Shown: positions 1-7,297 of the stretch, piece after piece
Layout of the letters: the number at the start of each line of letters is the position of its first letter
Position numbering within the stretch: position 1 is the stretch's first letter
The notes under the pieces: model-generated
The model's input: the letters and a program-made list of their open reading frames with translations, nothing else
Database searches by the model: none
What the model was told of the DNA's origin: nothing
Assembly (NCBI GenBank): GCA_035250945.1
Contig: DATFES010000426.1
Span: 1 to 27,819, forward strand
Origin: Alphaproteobacteria bacterium
GTDB lineage: Bacteria; Pseudomonadota; Alphaproteobacteria; CACIAM-22H2
Direction: 5' to 3'
Length of the DNA: 27,819 nt
Translations under genes and position numbers: made by a program

Positions 1-2
1 TC

Positions 3-359
3 GGTCTCGCCGAGATCGCCGACCGGCCGGCGCGCGTGCTGTCGGGCGGCGAGCAGCAACGCTTGGCGCTTTCGCGCGCCTGGGCGCTCGAGCCGGAGGT
101 GCTGTTCCTCGACGAACCAACCGCCAATCTCGACCCGACCGCGACGCGCGCCGTCGAAGAGATCATTCAGCAGATCGCCGCCGCGGGCACCAAGATCGTC
201 ATGACGACGCACAACCTGGGCCAGGCGCGCCGCCTCGCCGACGAGATCCTATTCATCCACCGCGGACGGCTGCTCGAGAAAAGTCCGGCCGACCGCTTCT
301 TCACTGCCCCCGCATCGCCGGAGGCCGCCGCTTTCCTGAAGGAGGAATTGCCATGGTGA
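3..359 (+). CDS. tupC: ABC transporter ATP-binding subunit, tungstate TupC-like (5'-truncated by window edge)
   Basis: Frame is open from base 3 (GLAEIADRPARVLSGGEQQRLALSRA). ABC signature LSGGEQQR, Walker B VLFLDEPT with D-loop ANLD, H-loop MTTH. Overlaps the start of tupA by 7 nt. Confidence 0.75.
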   Translation, partial: GLAEIADRPARVLSGGEQQRLALSRAWALEPEVLFLDEPTANLDPTATRAVEEIIQQIAAAGTKIVMTTHNLGQARRLADEILFIHRGRLLEKSPADRFFTAPASPEAAAFLKEELPW

Positions 360-1195
360 ATCGTCGAAACGTCTTGCTTGCCGCGCTTGTCGTCGGGTTG
401 TTGGGAATTGCCGCGACGGCGAGCGCCGCCGATCGGTTCATCACCGTCGCCTCGACGACCTCGACCGAGCAATCGGGACTGTTCAAACACCTTCTGCCGC
501 TCTTCCAGGCGAAAAGCGGGATCGAGGTGCGGGTAGTCGCGCTTGGCACGGGCCAAGCGCTCGACATGGGTCGGCGGGGCGATGCCGATGTCGTTTTCGT
601 GCACGACACCGTGGCCGAAGAGAAATTCGTTGCCGACGGCTTCGGAGTCGATCGTCGCGAGGTCATGTACAACGATTTCGTGATCATCGGCCCGGCCGCC
701 GATCCGGCGAAAGTCGCTGGCACGAAGGACGTGGCGGCAGCGCTCAAGACGATCGCCGACGCCAAGGCGCCTTTCGTCTCGCGCGGCGACAAGAGCGGCA
801 CGCACGCTGCGGAATTGCGCCTGTGGAAACTGGCCGGCGTCGACATCGCCGCCGCCAAGGGCCCGTGGTATCGCGAGACCGGCTCGGGCATGGGACCGGC
901 GCTCAATACGGCCGCGGCGCAGAACGCCTATATCCTTGCCGACCGCGGCACCTGGCTCAGTTTCAAAAATCGTGGCGACCTCAAGATCGTCGTCGAAGGC
1001 GATCAGCGGCTATTCAACCAATACGGGGCGATGCTGGTGAACCCAGCGAAACACGGGCACGTCAAGAAGACCGACGGCATCGCCTTTGTAAATTGGGTGG
1101 TGTCGCCCGAAGGCCAAAAAGCGATCGCCGACTACAAGATCGGCGGCGAGCAGCTTTTCTTCCCCAACGCCAAGACGACGCGCAGCGGTTCGTAG
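353..1195 (+). CDS. tupA: Tungstate ABC transporter substrate-binding protein
   Basis: Sec signal peptide, then TupA-family motifs ASTTSTEQSGL (TTTS-like), ALGTGQAL, VFVH, VMYNDFVIIGP, FVSRGDKSGTH, SGMGPALN, DRGTW. Confidence 0.88.
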   Translation: MVNRRNVLLAALVVGLLGIAATASAADRFITVASTTSTEQSGLFKHLLPLFQAKSGIEVRVVALGTGQALDMGRRGDADVVFVHDTVAEEKFVADGFGVDRREVMYNDFVIIGPAADPAKVAGTKDVAAALKTIADAKAPFVSRGDKSGTHAAELRLWKLAGVDIAAAKGPWYRETGSGMGPALNTAAAQNAYILADRGTWLSFKNRGDLKIVVEGDQRLFNQYGAMLVNPAKHGHVKKTDGIAFVNWVVSPEGQKAIADYKIGGEQLFFPNAKTTRSGS

Positions 1196-1207
1196 CGGTC
1201 TGAACGA

Positions 1208-1651
1208 TTAGTCGCGCGAAGGCCCCTTGAGTTCGACGGTGTTGCCGTCGGGGTCGCGAACGTAGAGCGACGGCCCTCTGCCTTCAGCGCCATAGCGCTG
1301 CACGACTTCGCCCGCGGTAATGCCGTGTGCCGCCAGTTTGTCGCGGATCGCGTCCGGATCGAGCGTCGCGACGCGCAACGCAAAGTGATCCATGTTGCGT
1401 CCCTCCTCGCCCGGCGGCGCGCCGCCCAAACGCCCCAGCTTGCCGGCGATTTCGACGAGATCGATCAGCGAGCCGCCGGCACGCAGCTGAATCAGGCCGA
1501 AATCTTCCTGCCGCCTCTCGACCTTGCAACCCAGCACGTCGCAGTAAAACGCGATCGAGCGCGCCACGTCGCGTACCCGTAAAACGACATGGTCGATGCC
1601 AAGAATTTCGACCGCAGGAGCTGTCCGCGCGTCGCGCGCCGCGTCGCCCAT
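1208..1651 (-). CDS. VOC/glyoxalase-family protein
   Basis: Paired beta-alpha-beta-beta-beta motifs IDHVVLRVRDVARSIAFYCDVLG, DHFALRV and SLYVRDPDGNTVEL, with His/His/Glu metal ligands. ATG directly abuts the upstream regulator stop (TGAATG). Confidence 0.88.
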   Translation of the reverse strand: MGDAARDARTAPAVEILGIDHVVLRVRDVARSIAFYCDVLGCKVERRQEDFGLIQLRAGGSLIDLVEIAGKLGRLGGAPPGEEGRNMDHFALRVATLDPDAIRDKLAAHGITAGEVVQRYGAEGRGPSLYVRDPDGNTVELKGPSRD

Positions 1652-2578
1652 TCATGAACTCCATACGACGCGGCCGAGCCGGGTGATGTCGTAGCCGCCA
1701 AGCTCGACGGCACGTTCCGCGAACGCGGGACCGCGCGCGAATTCGAGCAGGCTTTGCACCGGCGCCTCGAAATAATCGCGCCGCCGCATCGCCAAATCGA
1801 AACGCTCGCTGTGCAACGGCACGAAATGCAGACGAAATTGCTGCGCCACCGCGCGCACCGCCAGGCCTGCGTCGGCCTTGCCTTCGAGGACCGCCAGTGC
1901 CAGATCGCTTTCGCTGAGCGACGGCTGCGGCAACCATCGTAGGTCGGCGGAATCGACGCCGGTCTCTGCCAGCAAATGGATAAGCAAGATCTGGCTGCCG
2001 GCCTCGTGCTGGCGCGAAATGACCCGCGCGTTGTGCGCGCGAAGGTCTGCCACGCCACCGATGCCGAGCGGGTTGCCGGGCGCCGTCAGCAACCCCTGTT
2101 CGCGGCGCGCCCATTCGATCAAAACCACGTCGCGCCCGGCCAGCGCCTCGCGCGCGACGGGCACGTTATATTCGCCGCTGTCGGGATCCAGAACGTGCAT
2201 GCCGGCGACCATTGCCTCGCCGGCGGCAAGTCGTCGCAATCCGTCGAGACTGCCGCCGGTCAAGAGCGCCATTCCGCATTTTGACTCGCGGACCGCCCAG
2301 TCGAGCAGCGGATCATGGCTTCCCGCGACGACGCGCGGCGCCGGGCGAAGCGCGGCACCGGCCGGGCCGTATTCGGTATTGTGCGCCACCCAAAGGTCGA
2401 TGAGCGCGCGAGGAAATAGCCACTTGCCGGTGACGCGCGAGCATGGAATCTGCTTGGCGCGAACCAAATCATAGACCTTGCGCTCCTTGATGCGCAGGTA
2501 TTCCGCGACCTCGCGCGTGTTCATCATCGCGCGCGAAGACTGCTTCTCGGGCCGTGGCCTGCCGGACCGTTCGTTCAT
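1652..2578 (-). CDS. Transcriptional regulator: excisionase-type HTH (HTH_17) plus PBP2 molybdate/tungstate-binding domain (TaoR-like architecture)
   Basis: C-terminal third of track ORF 1652..4414. MNTREVAEYLRIKERKVYDLV...IPCSRVTGKWLFPRALIDLW is an excisionase HTH. VAGSHDPLL, GGSLDGL, REQGL, RQHEAGSQ, GKADAG and ERFDL match the PBP domain. Start is 2578, or alternatively 2527. Confidence 0.85.
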   Translation of the reverse strand: MNERSGRPRPEKQSSRAMMNTREVAEYLRIKERKVYDLVRAKQIPCSRVTGKWLFPRALIDLWVAHNTEYGPAGAALRPAPRVVAGSHDPLLDWAVRESKCGMALLTGGSLDGLRRLAAGEAMVAGMHVLDPDSGEYNVPVAREALAGRDVVLIEWARREQGLLTAPGNPLGIGGVADLRAHNARVISRQHEAGSQILLIHLLAETGVDSADLRWLPQPSLSESDLALAVLEGKADAGLAVRAVAQQFRLHFVPLHSERFDLAMRRRDYFEAPVQSLLEFARGPAFAERAVELGGYDITRLGRVVWSS

Positions 2579-2587
2579 CGTGCGCTC

Positions 2588-2593
2588 AGTATA
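2588..2593 (-). promoter_or_regulatory. Candidate -10 hexamer (TATACT) for the regulator gene
   Basis: TATACT on the minus strand 9 nt upstream of ATG 2578. No convincing -35 seen. Confidence 0.3.
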
Positions 2594-2749
2594 GCGACGT
2601 GGCGGGGGCCATGTGGAGCGTTGCTCGCGCGCCAAGATTGGCCTTGCGCCGGTGGTGGCCATTTGCCACAAACATTCCGCCTGCGACGGCAGATAATCGT
2701 GCGCCAGGCGTTGCGCCCGGGAAAGAGGCGCGCGGGAAGGCTTCGACTG

Positions 2750-4801
2750 ATGGAAATCAACGGCAAGCGGCTCCTCGTCTGCGATTGCAACGCGACGATG
2801 CCGCTCGACGCCAAAGGCGTTGCGCGCGCATGCGGCGGCGACGCGCTTGATGTCCATACGCTGCTTTGTCGTACGCAGCTCGATGCGCTGGAAAAGGCGC
2901 TCGGCGGCGGTAGGCCGCTCCTTGTCGCCTGCACGCAGGAAGCGCCGCTGTTCGCCGAGGCGCGGGCCGAGGCGGGCGTCGATGTCGATCTCCGGTTCAC
3001 CAACATTCGCGAGCGCGCCGGATGGTCGGAGGAGGCCGATCACGCGACGCCGAAGATCGCAGCACTCCTCGCCGAGGCCGCCCTCGACCTTGCGCCGACG
3101 CCGACCGTGTCGCTCAAATCGACCGGGGTCACGCTGATCTATGGCCGCGACGAGAAGGCGATCGCGGCGGCGCGGCGTCTCGCCGATCGCCTCGAATGCA
3201 CCGTGCTGCTGAGCGAGCCTGGCGACATCGTGCCGCCGCGGCTTACCGAAGTGCCGATCTATCGCGGCACGATCATCGCGGCGCGCGGCTATCTCGGCGC
3301 GTTCGAAATCGAAGTCAACCGGTACGCCGCGGCGATTCCCTCCTCGCGCGGGCGGCTCGAGTTCGAGGCGGCGCGCGACAGCGCTGCGTCGCGGTGCGAC
3401 CTCATTCTCGACCTCAGCGGCGGCGCGCCGCTGTTCCAGGCGCACGCCAAGCGCGACGGATATTTCCGGCCCGACCCGGGCGATCCGGCGGCGATCGAGC
3501 GCGCGCTGTTCGACATTGTCGACATGGTCGGCGAGTACGAAAAGCCGCGTTACGTCAAATATGACGCAACGATCTGCGTCCACAGCCGCAGCCGCAAGAC
3601 CGGCTGTACGCGTTGTCTTGACGTTTGCCCGACCGGAGCAATCGTCTCCGCCGGCGACCATGTCGCGATCGATCCCTATATCTGCGCCGGTTGCGGTTCG
3701 TGCGCCAGCGTCTGTCCCACCGGTGCAGCGACATACGATCTGCCTCCGCAAACTTCGCTCTACGATCGTTTGCGGACGTTGCTTGGAGCCTATTCGCGCG
3801 CCGGCGGGATGCGCGCCATGTTGCTGGTTCATGACGGTCGCCACGGCGAGGAGCTGATCTCGATGATCGCGCACCACGGCCGCGGCCTGCCGGCGCGCGT
3901 CGTGCCGTTCGCGGTCAACGAGGTGACGCAACTCGGCTTCGATTTCTTCATGGTGGCGCTCGCCTACGGCGCGGCGCAGCTTCGGCTGCTCGTGGATCCC
4001 CGGAAACGCAGCGAAATAACCGGCCTTGCGGCGCAGATCGGCCTCGCCGAGGCGGCGTTGTCCGGCTTGGGCTACGGCGAGGGGCGTGTCGCGGCGATCG
4101 ACACCGCCGATCCCGAAATCGTCGAGGCCACGCTTTACGCCGCATCGAGGGACGCCGCCCCGAAACCGGGTGCGTTTCTGCCGATGGGGGGCAGGCGCGC
4201 GGTGACGCTGCTGGCGCTGCGCCATCTGCATTCGGTTGCGCCGGCGCCGGTCGACGTTTTGCCGCTTGCGCCGGGCTCGTCCTTTGGCGCGCTCGATGTC
4301 AACGTCGCCGGGTGCACGCTGTGTCTTGCCTGCGTCGGCGCTTGTCCCACCGGCGCGCTGATCGACAATCCCGACCGTCCGATGCTGCGGTTCATCGAGG
4401 ACGCCTGCGTGCAATGCGGGCTATGCAAAGCGACCTGCCCGGAAAAAGTCATCCAGCTTCGGCCGCGATTCAACTTCAACGACGACGCCCGCTCGCCCGC
4501 GCTCGTCAAGGAGGAGGAGCCGGCCCAGTGCATCCGCTGCGGCAAGCCGTTTGCTGCGCGCGCGGCGATCGAGCGGGTCGTCGAGAAGCTGTCGGGCAAG
4601 CATTGGATGTATATGCAAGGGGGCGCCCTCGACCGTATACGCATGTGCGACGAGTGCCGGATGATCGTCCAAAGCGAGACCGCCATCGATCCCTTCGCCG
4701 GCCCGCCGCGGCCGCCGATCCGGACCACCGACGAGGAATTGCGGTTGCGCGATCTTGCCCGCGCCCAGGCGGCCGGCAAGCCGCCCGAGGGTAACGCATG
4801 A
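2750..4801 (+). CDS. Multi-[4Fe-4S] protein (HdrA N-terminal-like module, two 2x[4Fe-4S] ferredoxin domains, degenerate MvhD-like domain)
   Basis: Start MEINGKRLLVCDC at 2750 after purine-rich GGGAAGG. Motifs CTRCLDVCP, CAGCGSCASVCP, CTLCLACVGACP, CVQCGLCKATCP, and C-terminal CIRC...CDEC. Confidence 0.88.
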   Translation: MEINGKRLLVCDCNATMPLDAKGVARACGGDALDVHTLLCRTQLDALEKALGGGRPLLVACTQEAPLFAEARAEAGVDVDLRFTNIRERAGWSEEADHATPKIAALLAEAALDLAPTPTVSLKSTGVTLIYGRDEKAIAAARRLADRLECTVLLSEPGDIVPPRLTEVPIYRGTIIAARGYLGAFEIEVNRYAAAIPSSRGRLEFEAARDSAASRCDLILDLSGGAPLFQAHAKRDGYFRPDPGDPAAIERALFDIVDMVGEYEKPRYVKYDATICVHSRSRKTGCTRCLDVCPTGAIVSAGDHVAIDPYICAGCGSCASVCPTGAATYDLPPQTSLYDRLRTLLGAYSRAGGMRAMLLVHDGRHGEELISMIAHHGRGLPARVVPFAVNEVTQLGFDFFMVALAYGAAQLRLLVDPRKRSEITGLAAQIGLAEAALSGLGYGEGRVAAIDTADPEIVEATLYAASRDAAPKPGAFLPMGGRRAVTLLALRHLHSVAPAPVDVLPLAPGSSFGALDVNVAGCTLCLACVGACPTGALIDNPDRPMLRFIEDACVQCGLCKATCPEKVIQLRPRFNFNDDARSPALVKEEEPAQCIRCGKPFAARAAIERVVEKLSGKHWMYMQGGALDRIRMCDECRMIVQSETAIDPFAGPPRPPIRTTDEELRLRDLARAQAAGKPPEGNA

Positions 4802-4930
4802 CCGCGCCGGCGGATGCGTCGCCCGATCGCAAAGGTGGATGAAAAACGGTGCGGGAGGCGCTATGTTCGTACGGGAATAGCGCTGCCGGGGGTTCAGGCC
4901 CCGCCGCCGCTTGAAGCCACGTTCAACCGC

Positions 4931-5968
4931 ATGACGAAAATGTATGCCGACACCAATCGCGATTCGCCTACCGCGCCACTGATCGACCCCTATCAGCGCC
5001 GCATCAGCTATTTGCGCGTATCGGTCACCGATCGTTGCGATTTCCGCTGTGTCTACTGCATGGCGGAAGACATGACGTTCCTGCCCAAAGCGGAAATACT
5101 GACGCTGGAGGAGCTCGACCGCCTTTGCTCTTCGTTCGTGCGGCTCGGCGTGCGCAAGCTGCGGCTTACCGGCGGCGAGCCGCTGGTGCGCCGCAACATC
5201 ATGTGGTTGTTCAGAGCGCTGGGCCGGCACCTCGCGAGCGGCGATCTCGATGAGCTCACCGTGACGACCAACGGCAGCCAGCTCGCCCGTTACGCCGGCG
5301 AGCTCGTCGAGGCCGGCGTGCGCCGGGTCAATGTTTCGCTCGATACGCTCGATCCGGCGAAGTTCACGGCGATCACCCGCTGGGGACGGCTCGACCAAGT
5401 GCTCGGCGGTTGCGAGGCGGCGAGCGCCGTCGGCCTCAAGATCAAGATCAACGCGGTGGCGCTCAAGGGCGTCAACGAGGACGAGCTGGAGCATATGGTC
5501 GCCTGGTGCGGCGACAAGGGTTATGACCTGACGATCATCGAGGTCATGCCGATGGGCGATATCGGCCCCGATCGGCTCGACCAATATCTTCCGCTTTCGG
5601 TCGTCCGCGCGCGCTTGGCGCAGCGCTGGACGTTGGAGGAGAGCGATTATCATACCGGCGGCCCGGCGCGCTACGTTACGGTCAAGGAAACCGGCCGCAG
5701 GCTCGGCTTCATCACGCCGCTTACCCACAATTTCTGCGAATCATGCAATCGCGTCCGGCTGACATGCACCGGGACGCTCTACATGTGTCTTGGTCAGAAC
5801 GACGACGCCGATCTTCGCTCGCCGCTCCGCGCCTCGCCCGACGATGCGCTGCTCGAAGCGGCGATCCGCGACGCCATCAGCCGCAAGCCCAAGGGTCACG
5901 ATTTCATCATCGACCGCCGTCACCGTGGCCCGGCGGTGCCCCGTCATATGAGCGTCACGGGCGGCTGA
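4931..5968 (+). CDS. moaA: GTP 3',8-cyclase MoaA (molybdopterin biosynthesis radical SAM enzyme)
   Basis: [17 protein letters not shown] (CxxxCxxC), [22 protein letters not shown], second cluster [19 protein letters not shown], and C-terminal MSVTGG. Start is 4931 or 4940, not 4814. Confidence 0.97.
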   Translation: MTKMYADTNRDSPTAPLIDPYQRRISYLRVSVTDRCDFRCVYCMAEDMTFLPKAEILTLEELDRLCSSFVRLGVRKLRLTGGEPLVRRNIMWLFRALGRHLASGDLDELTVTTNGSQLARYAGELVEAGVRRVNVSLDTLDPAKFTAITRWGRLDQVLGGCEAASAVGLKIKINAVALKGVNEDELEHMVAWCGDKGYDLTIIEVMPMGDIGPDRLDQYLPLSVVRARLAQRWTLEESDYHTGGPARYVTVKETGRRLGFITPLTHNFCESCNRVRLTCTGTLYMCLGQNDDADLRSPLRASPDDALLEAAIRDAISRKPKGHDFIIDRRHRGPAVPRHMSVTGG

Positions 5969-5972
5969 GCCG

Positions 5973-6025
5973 CCGCGGCGACGGCGGGCGGACCCGATTG
6001 CTCGCCCGCCCGCCGACCGCCGCGG
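5973..6025. terminator. Long GC-rich imperfect hairpin between convergent moaA and bactofilin genes (possible bidirectional terminator)
   Basis: CCGCGGCG (5973-5980) pairs with CGCCGCGG (6018-6025). GGCGGGCG (5983-5990) pairs with CGCCCGCC (6003-6010). No U-tract on either side. Confidence 0.45.
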
Positions 6026-6035
6026 GTGATCGAAA

Positions 6036-6536
6036 TCAGCCGGTCGCCTTCGCCGTCGTGTAGACGTTGGCGACGTGTCCGCTGTCGCCGCGCTTGTGCG
6101 CGGCGCCCGACGTGTCAACCTTGCCGTCGTGGATGCAGTTGCCGTTGAGCACCGCGCCCTCCTCGATCGACAGCGACTTGTAGGTGACGTCGCCGGTCAC
6201 CCGCGCGCTGCGCGCGATGCGCACGGAGGTGCCGCGTACCGCGCCGTTGATCTCGCCGCAGATGATGACGGTCTCGGCGCTGGTGCCGCCCTTGACCTTG
6301 GCGCCCTCGCCGATCGTCACGGTGCGGCTTTCCACGTCGCCCTCGACCGCGCCGTCGATCTGCACATCCCCGGAGCAAATCAAATTACCAACCACCTTCA
6401 GCTCGGCGCTGATGACGGACGGGCCCTTGGTCGCGCGCGCGGGCGACTGTGCGGGCGTGTGCGACGAGGTCGCGGCGACGGACGTCGTCTCGGGCGTCGT
6501 TTTCATGTCGTAGTTTCTGTCGGTCTTGGTGAACAT
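6036..6536 (-). CDS. Bactofilin (polymer-forming cytoskeletal protein) with N-terminal MFTK tail
   Basis: PSVISAELKVVGNLICSGDVQIDGAVEGDVESRTVTIGEGAKVKGG...VTGDVTYKSLSIEEGAVLNGNC shows the beta-helix repeats. ATG 6536 is preceded by AGGAAGGA. Confidence 0.92.
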   Translation of the reverse strand: MFTKTDRNYDMKTTPETTSVAATSSHTPAQSPARATKGPSVISAELKVVGNLICSGDVQIDGAVEGDVESRTVTIGEGAKVKGGTSAETVIICGEINGAVRGTSVRIARSARVTGDVTYKSLSIEEGAVLNGNCIHDGKVDTSGAAHKRGDSGHVANVYTTAKATG

Positions 6537-6592
6537 CGTGCTTGTCCTTCCTCTCATTCACGTTGTCTTGCGAACAATCCGCTGGGTCCCCT

Positions 6593-6940
6593 TTACTCGT
6601 CGTCCGTCTCCACGGAACCCGATTTGAAGAAATTGATCGGCCGCCACGGCTTCAGCCCGTCGTGCACCGCGCCGGGCTCGATTTTCAGCACGTGGTGAAA
6701 CACCTTGCCGATGACTCGTGCGCAGCTGCCGAGCGTCACGTTGACCGCGACGATCCGCCCGCGCATCGATCCGTTGATCAAGACGGTCTCGGCATAGATG
6801 CGTCCCTCGACATGTCCCCCTTCGCCGATCGTCAGATTGCGGCCGCGAACGATGCCCTCGACCAAACCGTCGATACGGATCGACCCGCTGCCGACCACAT
6901 CGCCAATGATCCTGAGGTCGGAGGTAATGACTGTGTTCAT
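6593..6940 (-). CDS. Second bactofilin, core domain only
   Basis: TVITSDLRIIGDVVGSGSIRIDGLVEGIVRGRNLTIGEGGHVEGRIYAETVLINGSMRGRI...LKIEPGA. An in-frame stop 6 codons upstream fixes the start. Confidence 0.88.
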   Translation of the reverse strand: MNTVITSDLRIIGDVVGSGSIRIDGLVEGIVRGRNLTIGEGGHVEGRIYAETVLINGSMRGRIVAVNVTLGSCARVIGKVFHHVLKIEPGAVHDGLKPWRPINFFKSGSVETDDE

Positions 6941-7254
6941 TCGATGCTGATCGACCTACCCCCAATTTTCGCCCGTCCCCTGTTGGCGCGGTCGCGCTTG
7001 CGGTGCGTTCTCAATCCCGCCGCGCCGGCGCTGATCATACAAGCAAGCGCGGCCCGACGGAAGCGATCGTCTGCGGCGGCATTTCAACGAGTCTCTAAGA
7101 GTTTAGACAGTCAATATCACGCTCAACATGAAGTAGTTGGCAAGCGGTGTCCGAGCCACAAAATGTGGTAAGTAGGCCTCACTCTGCATTTTCCCGCTGG
7201 CGGCGAGCACGTCGCCAATGGCGCGAAAGGCTGCTGCCTCGCGCCCCCCTCGGC

Positions 7255-7260
7255 TATACT
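7255..7260 (+). promoter_or_regulatory. Candidate -10 hexamer (TATACT) upstream of nadK
   Basis: GCTATACT ends 37 nt upstream of the nadK ATG. Only a weak -35-like CTGCCT at 7234-7239. Confidence 0.35.
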
Positions 7261-7297
7261 CGCGGCCCTGTTTCAAGACGTTGCACGCTTACTTCCC

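Noticed and set aside
1652-2578. Excisionase domain as evidence of a prophage or integrative element
   Set aside because: The HTH is fused to an oxyanion-binding PBP domain, which is a regulator architecture. No integrase, att-like repeat, tRNA or phage gene is in the window.
2579-2749. Sigma-54 promoter in the divergent region
   Set aside because: The TGG...TTGC at 2653-2666 has GG-N9-GC spacing, not the required GG-N10-GC. No correct spacing was found on either strand.
2579-4414. 920-aa minus-strand ORF suggesting a giant regulator fusion
   Set aside because: Only the last ~308 aa (from 2578) have a recognisable HTH + PBP domain. The rest is the antisense shadow of the polyferredoxin gene in GC-rich DNA.
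4843-4930. Moco/Tuco riboswitch upstream of moaA
   Set aside because: The interval is under 90 nt and I see only a short CGGGG/CCCCG stem, not the multi-stem motif. An Infernal search against the Rfam Moco model would settle it.
4814-4930. N-terminal extension of MoaA
   Set aside because: No MoaA-like content, and it overlaps the probable promoter. Homology starts around [13 protein letters not shown].
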